Shown one piece after another: positions 54,090 through 64,000 of a DNA stretch of 64,000 bases (positions are counted from its first letter, which is position 1; every line of letters starts with the position of its first letter). The DNA is from Octopus vulgaris. Lineage: Eukaryota. The position numbers and the translations under genes were made by a program. Below the pieces are notes generated by a model. It was not told where the DNA came from. It made no database searches and worked only from the letters and a program-made list of their open reading frames with translations. The DNA lies in the NCBI GenBank assembly GCA_951406725.2, contig OX597817.1, forward strand, positions 125,674,001 through 125,738,000, written 5' to 3'.

Positions 54090-56370
54090 CATATATTTGT
54101 TTTCGTTCACTCTCAGTTGAAATCCCATCAGGGTCAACTTTGCATTGCATGCTATCGGGGCCGGTAAAATAAATTACTAATAGTCATGTACTGAGAATGT
54201 GAACTTTTATTAGAATGAAAAAACATTTTTTATATTATTATCATAACCATTACTAAGGCGAAAACATGGCACAAATTCTTAACGGCATTTCCTGTATCTT
54301 TTTTCGTACTTAGTTCAAATTCGGCCTCGGTTGTCTTTGCAATTTATACTTTCGAGCTTCTCAAAATAAGTACCATCAGAACAGGATTGTTGTAACTTAA
54401 AAATATATTTGTTCTCATGGGTTATGTAGGCTGAAATGTCAGTTGAGTTAGAATATTTTCTGAGAATCTGTACATGAAGATGCTCTTTAAAGATGCAGTC
54501 GTTTGCAGAATAGCACGGCAAATTCATTTGAAACAGTATTATTGTGTCTGACGTCATGCCTATGCCCATTAAAACTGGTGCTTAATTTTTTTATGCTATG
54601 CAAGTCACATAAATCAAGTCGGATTTGGTGCTTTCAGTTGCATACATTAAATGAGAATCATTAGAGCTCTCATATGCCATATAACCGGTAAAACTTCTTT
54701 TATAATTTGCAATGGAGTTGACTTCATTCTGCTGTTCTACAATGAATTGTCTTGCAACAGTCATTAGGGCAAAAGTTTAAAAAAAAAGCAGTGATATTTT
54801 GATTACGATCAGAAGTGCTAGTTTATATTTGTCTTATATTTTTGTTGTGACAAAAGGCAACAATAAATGGATTAGGAAATAAAACTTTGAAACGTTGTTA
54901 TTTTTATGAAATGTGAGGATAAAAGTCATGCAACGCTTTCGAAATGCCAGTCAAATTTTGATTTCAGTTAATAACAAAATGAATTCCGTCATTATATTTC
55001 TTGTGACTGATATAATTTAGCTTGAAAGTTTGACACTCGTTAATTTTAGCAGTGTCATTTGCAAATTCCTTCATTCGCCGTTCACTATAAACGCGTTTGA
55101 CGCACAAAATCCGTTGTTTGTTTCTAGTAATCAACATGTCAGCACAAATCCGTTTTATTCTAAAAAAGATTAGGATTTGGATTTGACTTAATTATATGAT
55201 ATGGATGATCAATTGTAAAGAAGTGTGGAATGATGCAATGCTGCAAAATAGTTCTGTTGCTAAGTGGAAAATTTAGCTTTCATTTAGTTTTCAGAAGTGG
55301 ACGCTAGTATTTGAAAAAGTGGATGAGAATTTTATTTAGGTCTTAAAACCTATAGCTTTGAGTGATCTGTAACTGAAATGAAAATTTTCAACTTCTCTTC
55401 CTTCCCAGACATAAAAAAAATGTCATCATTGATCTGCAACCATAGCATTGGATTTGTTACCATGTAAATATATAAATATCTTTAATAACTGTAGCCTAAA
55501 TTTTGACTTGCCAATCCCTTCATCTGGAGTTAAAAACCGTTGTCCAATTTTCATTATGTTGCTTTGTAATATGCACTACAATAATTTGCCAAGGAAAATA
55601 CTTTAAGTACTTTTGTTTATTTGTTTTGAAAAAGTCTCTATGCACGCTTCCACCCACTCATCGTCAATCTAGAGGTTAGTCGAAGAAGTATCCATGATTA
55701 CGAAAAAACGAAATAAGTTCCAAACATTTTACTCCTGGAACCTTCATACTCACAGCGAATTGAACGTAATAGTGTTAAGTTTCTAAACATTTGTAGAAGG
55801 CCATAAAATACGGCAATTTTTGCTCTCACTGCCTAATTCTATACTCAATAATATTTATAAAGTTGTTCACCTCCATTTACAAAATTATTTTGCCAAATTC
55901 TTTTCTGTTGTCGTGGTTTGGATCGACATGTAATTATTTAGAAGTTAAAATGTACACATCCTTGTCCACAATTAAGATAGCACACATATTATTTGCTATT
56001 TTAATAACAACAGAATCATTGTTAGATTGATGGCGAAATATGTTACACAGGGAATTTGTGATGTTATTCTAAGACTTGTTTCGTACTTTTCCTATTACCC
56101 ATTTGACAACATTGACAAATTCCAGGAGCAACTGTTAACGTTCTCCTAGATCTTATTCGCGTCCCAATTAAAGTTGTTTATGATCTAATATGTGAGATTC
56201 GTTTATCATCTTCATTCGTTTATCATCTCCATATTACAATTTTTGTTTTTCATAAAATGTTTCGTAAGCTTGTGGACAAATTGAAACAAACATTGAGTTA
56301 GTTTATTTTAGTCAATATTCTTAGCGCTAGTCGACAAACACAGTCTCTGCTCTGAGACAGATATCGCCTG

Positions 56371-56416
56371 CTAATAGGTTTAACTTAGATAAATTTATCT
56401 AAGTTAAGCTTATTAG
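56371..56416. repeat. 46-bp spacer-less imperfect palindrome
   Basis: ctaataggtttaacttagataaa|tttatctaagttaagcttattag, with 2 mismatches. Confidence 0.9.
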
Positions 56417-57049
56417 TAGATAGACTATTTTCTATTGTAACAGATGTTAGGGGCTAGCATCTTTCGTGATATTACATTAATTATATTTCTGAGAACCTTT
56501 TGATTTTTATTGGTAAGCTTCAGTTAAAATACGGAATCTGTAAGGGATAAAATTGTGCAGTGAATTTTCATATGAGAAGTTATAACAACTAGGAGGCGTT
56601 TGCCATGTAATAGTAGCCCGTTTTTGAGTCAGTGATAAAAAATAAGTGACATATTTGACACAAATAGGCTGTTTTAAAGTAAAATTTGAAATGTGTTCGT
56701 ATTTTGGTTCGCTCCAATAAACACTTTTCTCCAGAGTTTCTGACTGGTTCAAGCGCGTGTGTAAGGAACCACAAAAGAGCAACCGCATGGGCCAGCTTTA
56801 TGGATATTTATTTGAACTTTTTGAATTGAAGGAGTTAGGATTTTTTTGTGGAAAGTAATGCTGTTAGCTCATGTAATACGGAAAAATTTAAACTGAGATA
56901 TACATTGACGTCTCCGAAAAAATTGTTTCAGTGGCATAGTGAATGAACAATGTATGACGTGAGGAGAATTAATAAATTCCATATCTAAAATGTGTTAGGT
57001 TGTATACGAATATCAGGGAAGCTTCTGTGAAGAATATGCTTGCTCAAAA

Positions 57050-57265
57050 AGGCGGTGAGCTGGCAGAAATGTTAGTACGCCGGACGAAATGCTTAGCTGT
57101 ATTTCGTCTGTCTTTACATTCTGAGTTCAAATTCCACCGAGGTCGACTGTACTTTTCATCCTTTCGGAGTCGATAAAATAAGTATTAATTGCGTACTGGG
57201 GTCGATCTAATCGACTGGCCCTTTCCCCAAACATTTCCGGCCTTGTGCTAAGAGTAGAAAAGAAT
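57050..57265 (+). mobile_element. SINE family C, full-length-like
   Basis: ggcggtgagctggcagaaatgttag...gagttcaaattcc (B-box-like)...tttcatcctttcggagtcgataaaataagta (resembles a conserved SINE central domain; assignment unverified). Confidence 0.8.
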
Positions 57266-58129
57266 ATAATTTCTCAAAGATATTTAAACATTTGTATAAA
57301 TCCGCACCAATTGATACTAACTCTAGTGTTAAATAATAACGTTCATTATGACATTATGAGAAATATATTGTTCTCATCGATCAGGTTAAGCGTTTGAAGC
57401 AATGAATGCTAAGTTGCAATGCTCACATAGGTATATTTAATGTGAGATATTCGGTATAAACTTATATTTCTTTCACGTATCCAGAAATAATAAATGGACT
57501 CTTCATTTTTGTGCGAAGACGTTTGAATTTTTTAACTGACAGACTTGTGAGTTTCTCACTTTCCAATGCCTAAGTGAAGAACAAAACACTCGTTTGGCAC
57601 AGGAATTGGTTCAACGCTGGCATCTAGCGAAATTGACAGGGCTGACAAGCAAGCTGTGAAAAAGAACAAAACGAAAATCCTGTATTATTATTATACTTCT
57701 CTTTGAACAACTAACTCTTGTGGAAACAGCCAGAACAATACATTCCAGTTCTTATGCAGTGCCACATAAAATCAATTACCTTCCGAATGTGATTACTTTT
57801 TATAACTTATGAAGATTGACGAAAATATTAATGAAAGTAAATATACAATTAGAAGAGCACTGTAGGTAATAAAACACATAGTGACTTTTCATTAAACACT
57901 ATTTCTACAGTCCATTTGTCTTCTTCAAGTGTAAAGTAAGACAAAGAGAAAGTCACGGGAATGCAGAAATTCAACAGTTCATCTAGACTACCCAATGTTC
58001 CATGTGTGACAAAACTGAGATCATTAAGTTTCACTTTTCAAAATTCAAAACTGGTAAAAACAAGAAAAGAATAAAAAGAAAAACGGAAGCCAAAAAGAGG
58101 TCTGTTACTCAAAATGTTTTTTACAAAGT

Positions 58130-58694
58130 TTATGGATGGAACGCCCTGGTAATTTTATGCATCTCTACCGTATGTATTTTGAAGAATAAAAATTTCACCC
58201 TTCTCACCTCACATTCTCTATTTGTTACTATCGGAATGCTGTCCATTCTGCACTTCATAAAATAGGTCCTTAACGCATGTTTCTGAGGTGCACATATGAG
58301 TGCTCTTGTCTTTATCTTCAGGTCACTCCACTTCATCTATAGCCACCGGTTTTCTGTCTGCCTTGGCGTTCACATCTCTTGCAAACTGACTGTACATTTT
58401 CTTTTCCTTTCATGCTTTTCCTTCCGTTTTGTTCATTTCTTGTCTAAATTTTCTTTAGTTACACAATCTTCAGTTTTGATGACACCGGCCTTATCCGTGT
58501 GTTTCAGCAGTGGCTCCACGGAATTTTTTATATACCACCCTAAGATGCTTGCCTCTGCTTCGATACAGTCCTGGCAAAGGATCAACCCTCTCCCTCCGTT
58601 TCTTCTGGACAAGTCATTCTTAGGATGGAATGCTCTGTGTACTGTCAGCATTTTTCTGGTCTTGGTATTCATTTTCTTCATTTCTCCTTTTTGC

Positions 58695-58695
<1 letters not shown>
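58130..58695 (-). mobile_element. R4/Dong-type LINE fragment (RT thumb/linker)
   Basis: KTRKMLTVHRAFHPK...RRNGGRGL...EPLL and SDLKIKTRALICAPQKHALRT. Abuts (TTA)n. Confidence 0.8.
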
Positions 58696-58760
<65 letters not shown>

Positions 58761-58770
58761 CATCATCATT

Positions 58771-58820
<50 letters not shown>

Positions 58821-58844
58821 TATTATTATTATTATTATTATTAC

Positions 58845-59115
58845 TTTTTTTTTCTTCTTTCAAATTTGCTTCCATTTCTTGCCGAGTGTCTTCCCGACTC
58901 CTAGGGCAAAGAAACTCATAGTATACATTGGTAGGCCATTAAACCAAACTCAGTAGTTCGTTCATTTTCTTTCTTTTTTTTTTAAAGTTAAATTAAAATA
59001 CATGAGCAGCAATAGTTCTCACATCGCCAATGCTCTTCTCAATACGTGTGATGTACCAGTTAAGACAATCTTTTGCACTTCTTGCAGGGATGGTAAGCCA
59101 GGGATCATTCTCATA
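58845..59115 (-). mobile_element. R4/Dong-type LINE extreme 3' end
   Basis: MIPGLPSLQEVQKIVLTGTSHVLRRALAM*; 3' UTR homologous to 29980-30210. Lies between (TTA)n tracts. Confidence 0.85.
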
Positions 59116-59144
59116 TAATATTATTATTATTATTATTATTATTG

Positions 59145-59223
<79 letters not shown>

Positions 59224-59499
59224 ATATAATAGTAATGGTCCAAGTGAACGGACTTACCCTAAGATTGAAGAAAGTTGTTGTATATAAGGGACTTACCATA
59301 GTGGTCACGGTGACCGTTGTTTCGTGTGTTTTCTAAGTGCAACTCTAGAACTTCCTCCTTCTTTTGGAGAATCTTTTATCTGTAGAATTTATTTCATCAC
59401 CTTTTTCTACTTTTTACTCACTTCTTTACGCAGCACCACATTGTATTGTCCTGCATCCACCCCAGCGTTTATTGTGAACCTTTAATTGTTAACAAAGAA

Positions 59500-62460
59500 A
59501 GCACTGTCACCATCATCGTCGTCGTATTTGTTGTTGTTCTTCTTTTTAACTTTGGTTTTATAGCAACTTCTGGAGTCTTGTAAGGACAGCGGGTTTGCTC
59601 CCTGCAGCCTACATTACCATACTAGCTGTTCTTATGCGACCAGTTTATCTATGCTTCCTGTCATATCATATCTAGTGTGATAGAACGAGAAACATTTTAT
59701 ATTTCCTATTTGAAAGATAGCTCACATTTTTCTTATCAGTTCATACACTTCATCGAGTTATTCCCAGAAAATTCTTACCTTACCTAGAAGACATGTTTAC
59801 TGTAATGTTCACATTCCTAGTTTCAGATAAAGTGCTACAATATTTGCACTGAGAATTTTTGTCACTATAGCCAAGCCCTCATATGAATTAACATAATTAA
59901 CATTTTGGTTCCTGTATTTGCGTTTTCCATACATCCTGACGCTATATTTATATACTTTTTCTTTATCCTGGAATAAAATATATGTGCCACAGCAATTACA
60001 ATATCCATTTTTTTTATCAACAGCTACAATATCCGGGTTGTTGTGTTGTGTAAGGAACTCCTATTATTATCTCACTTTATCGTTTTTGATGATTTTCATA
60101 TATATTCTCATGAAATAGTCATATCTTTTTCCTGTGCATGTAACACTGAATTTCTTGCCAAACTTTCATCGAAATTTTGGTGCAACTTGATCGCGTCCAA
60201 ACGTTTTGAACTCATTCTGAGCTAATTGTAAACACTGGAAGCACTGTGTAAGCTAAGGTCTTTTCTGGGTCATCACACATTCTACATTTCGCCTCAACAG
60301 ATTTTCTGATCGATTATAGCTTTCATTCAGTACACCCTTAGATTATGTTCCCGTGCTTCCCAAATCATTCCCTTTCTCATTTTCTTCAATGCACCTGTTT
60401 TTGATAAGAACAAACTGTGTTTGTTTTTCAATATTCATTTTGATTTGAGAATTCCTAAATGAAGATTTTCCCTTCGTAGTTTTATTTTATGTTATATATT
60501 TTGTTGTTTTCTCATTTGTAAATAGTTCTTCAATACATCTCTAGAGAAAGTGCACTATATTTTTTCTTGTAGATAGAAACCTAGATATATCTTCTTTAGT
60601 TCTATTATTTTTGGTCTGTAATAAAACTCTTTCCCATTTTATTTTCTTGCAAAACTAGCCAATATGATCAAGTTTGCCATTTCGCTTATCATAATTTGCT
60701 TCCTCATGTTCTGTAAACGTTTTTCATCTTATCCATCTTGTAAACAAACATTCCCGCTCTTTACCTTATTGGTGAAACTAAACTCAGGTAGGCTGCTTGT
60801 ATGATGATTTCTGCATCCGACTTTGAAATTAAAAGCTCCATTCTAAAAAAAGAAGATTTTTATTGAAGACTTATTTTTGTATTTCGATATTTTCATTTTC
60901 CAATTTTCTCAGGAATTTATATTCTCCGATATTGCATAATGTTATATTAACATCACTTGGTATATTCATTTCTGTAAATTCTATGGAATTCTCCTGCTTA
61001 ATCTCTATTCAAGAACGTTTTGCAATTCTGAAACACATCCCAATATCGTTACTAAATACGTAAATAGTATAAACTAAGGAAGCCATTTTGTTCTTGTTTT
61101 TGTCCAAAAGCTTTAAACCATTCAGCAATAGATAATTCCCTTTTCTTGACTTCTAATTAAGTAAAAATAGCTTCTCAGCCTCCTTTAGTATACTCGTCAG
61201 AGAAACCAATTAAATTACACACAAGATGAAAGATATACTTTACTCTTGAGCTGATTGCCTCACGATCAGTATATCTACCAGACTTTCTCTTCTTGGGGTT
61301 AACTTGATATTGCTGCATTGCATTTTGTAACAAGTAGCCAAATTTGTTTGAGCTTCCAACAGTTCTAGGCACACAATGTAGGTTTAGGCCAAACATTTTC
61401 TATAGGACTTCCATATATTACATTGATTTGTTAATCGTTTCAAGCATTTCCTTAAGGTCAACGCCTTCATTGTTAAATGTGATTTTTTTGTCCATTGCTC
61501 CTTTTGTGCCAGCTTTTCTAATCACCAACCATAAGGTATTTCTCATAAAAGCTTTGTCATATATCTTCAGCAACTATCATTGTTAGAAGTTAGCTCATAA
61601 GCGATATATACGTAACTGGTTGATAATCTGAGGACGTGTTTCCCTTCAAATTGACGTTCGGTATGAGGCAGGTTCTTTCTTTTATTAAATGCGGTGGTAC
61701 TTACCTCTTTGTTATGTACTCGAGATATAACAGTATAGTTTAATGAAGGATCGTAAACTTTTCGGCCAGTAAGCATGGACAGGATCTGCTCCGGCTGCTT
61801 TCCATTTTCTTACCTTTTATTTAATTGCTTAGAAAATTTGCTTTCAGGATGATAAAATTTATTTGTGACTCAATATTTTTAGAGTAATTCATGTCTTGCA
61901 TTATCCACTTTCCTTTATTATTGTATTTAGCATTTTCTACAAATCTACCCCCGAAATAACTTGCATTCTTCATCATATAGTCTTATCATATATCTCATAA
62001 CCTTTAAGAATATCAAACAGGCATTTCTGAGTTGAATGAAAAGCCCAATATTGCTTATACTGATTTTGTTATTTGCTTAGTATTTTATTGTCAGCTTTCA
62101 CATTTTGATTGTTATTCTAATGCCATTTTTTTTCTTGTGTGATACATTTCCTCTAATCTGCCTTTCGATTATTTTACCCTGCTTCTACATGTCCAGTTTA
62201 CTTATATCTTTAATAGTCTGCTAATCTTTATCATCTGCCTTTCCCAACTGGTTGCCTCTTGGTCCTTCCATTACCACTTTCTTTCCATCAAACATTTCTG
62301 CGACAACAATACCATGTATAAATATGGAAGTAATGCTATCTTTTATGTTATCACAGATAATATTATGAATCAGAACATTTTCTATTGATGTTTTATTCTT
62401 AAACTTCGTTTGATAAGCTATTCCCAAATTAACTGATGTTTGGTCATCCAGTTCGCTCAT
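59500..62460 (-). mobile_element. Long, heavily decayed R4/Dong-type RLE LINE
   Basis: Manual translation gives KWKAAGADPVHAYWPKS (about 61760-61810, RT domain 0), CRMCDDPEKT...LAQNEFK (about 60205-60290, zinc knuckle) and HNNPDIVAVDKK (about 60010-60045, RLE), in the expected order. Confidence 0.75.
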
Positions 62461-62879
62461 TGATATTATTATATAACAACAAAAACAACAACAACAACAA
62501 CAATAACAATAATAATAATAATATCAATAATAATAATGATAATAATAATAATAATTATGATATTAATAATGATAATAATAATATTTGGTGGTGGTGCTGC
62601 TGTCTATCATTATCATCGTAGTCGTCGTCATCGTGGTCGTCATCGTGGTCGTCACCGTGGTCGTCGTTAACGTGGTCGTTGTCGGATTGGTTGTCGTCGT
62701 CGTCGTCGTCGTCGTCATCATCATCATCATCATCATCACCATCATCTTCGTCGTCCTCATCATCGTCATCATCGTCATCATCATCATTGTTATTATTTTG
62801 ATTGTTAATGAATCACTTGCCGAGTCACACCCAGCTCCATAAAGCAAATGAAGGTTAAGAGATGTTTAGATAAAAAATT

Positions 62880-63680
62880 GAGCCTTTGAGAAAGGAAAGT
62901 GGGGAGGATAGTACAGGAAGGCATTCATATTATATAACAAAATACAAAACATGTAAGTTGATAGTGCTTTTTCCAAAGATGTAAACGGCACTTCTCAATG
63001 CAATCTCCTGGATTTCTTTGAGATAAGTTTCTTCCGCAATTTTATCTAGATGTTTCTGAGCTCTCTTTTAATCATACTAAAAGCACCTGCAATAATTGTG
63101 TAGTGTTTTCACTTTAAGATACCACATCTGTTGCCTTTCAATTTTCAAGTCTGTATATTTACAGAGTTTCTAAAATTCCTGGAGAGATATATTCTTATCA
63201 ATGGGGACACTTACATCTATCACTTTAAAAGTATTTTACTTTCCTTTCTCTACTGGCTATACCGGATCGATTAGCATGCATTGTTCTTTCAGTCTTGACA
63301 GGAAAATCCCAAAGGATGGCAACCGGTAAACTTTATACCTTCAGCCTCTGTCTCAGAATGTTTTGGCATGTGTATCAATTTGGTAATGCCTACATATAAA
63401 ATGTAAAATTAGCCTTATTCTATCGTGGCGATTTCTATATTCATTTGGCGTTAGTAGAGGGTAGTCGGAAAATAGATGGTCTATTTTTTCATCCAATTTG
63501 CTGCAAAACCTGTTTTTGGTGTCAGAACTGTTTTTAAGAATATTAACCCTGTGATTTCTGGTAAAATATTTTAGGACTTGTATCACCAAGATGAAGCCTT
63601 CAGCTTTTGCTTTCAATCTCGAACTCCTCTACCATTGATAGGCGGCTTTCTTGGTTATCAGTATTGTAGCTTCACAAAAT
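62880..63680 (-). mobile_element. R4/Dong-type LINE 3' fragment
   Basis: LKAKAEGFI...RFCSKLDEKIDHLFS...YRNRHDRI, WDFPVKT, and DVSVPIDKNISLQEF*KLCKYTDLKIE. Confidence 0.85.
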
Positions 63681-63789
63681 TTCTTCTTCTTCTTCTTCTT
63701 CTTCTTCTTCTTCTTCTTCTTCTTCTTCTTCTTCTTCTTCTTCTTCTTCTTCTTCTTCTTCTTCTTCTTCTTCTTCTTCTTCTTCTTCA

Positions 63790-63960
63790 AGGCGGCGAGC
63801 TGGCAGAATCGTTAGCACGCCGGGCGAAATGCTTAGCGTTAGTTCTTCCGTCGCGACGTTCTGAGTTCATACTCCACCGAGGTCGAATTAGCCTTTCATC
63901 ATTTCGTGATCGATTAAATACGTACCACTTACGAACTAGAGTCGATGTACTTAATCCATT
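63790..63960 (+). mobile_element. SINE family C
   Basis: ggcggcgagctggcagaatcgttagcacgccgggcgaaatgcttagcg...gcctttcatc. Follows a (TTC)n tract. Confidence 0.8.
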
Positions 63961-64000
63961 CCTACAAGCTTCTTATATTATTATTATTATCATCATCATC

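Noticed and set aside
59500-62460. Endogenous viral element
   Set aside because: It looked like decayed A-rich coding DNA, but manual translation recovered R4/Dong RT, zinc-knuckle and RLE motifs.

Overview
This is AT-rich, microsatellite-dense eukaryotic DNA with no convincing host protein-coding gene. The repeat landscape suggests a cephalopod (Octopus-like) intergenic or intronic region; this is inference, not a search result. The window is a mosaic of retroelements: CR1-clade LINE copies, several R4/Dong-type restriction-like-endonuclease LINE relics next to (TAA)n tracts, Penelope-like (GIY-YIG) relics and pseudo-LTRs next to (TA)n tracts, a mariner relic, and at least four SINE families. 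Reading by eye found more than a dozen hammerhead ribozyme (HHR) motifs, mostly minimal type I with family-specific palindromic stem III. The most striking signal is an HHR with its three catalytic segments in a non-circularly permuted, pseudoknotted order (cleavage site, then GAAA, then CUGAUGA). It occurs in two sequence-unrelated elements: 3661-3731 and 4434-4504 on the minus strand, spaced 773 nt apart like a retrozyme, and 6335-6402 on the plus strand. There is also a head-to-head palindromic element combining a tRNA-like head with an HHR (29775-31552). All RNA structures are manual base-pairing predictions and none was computed or tested. Most short ORFs in the track are microsatellite artefacts.
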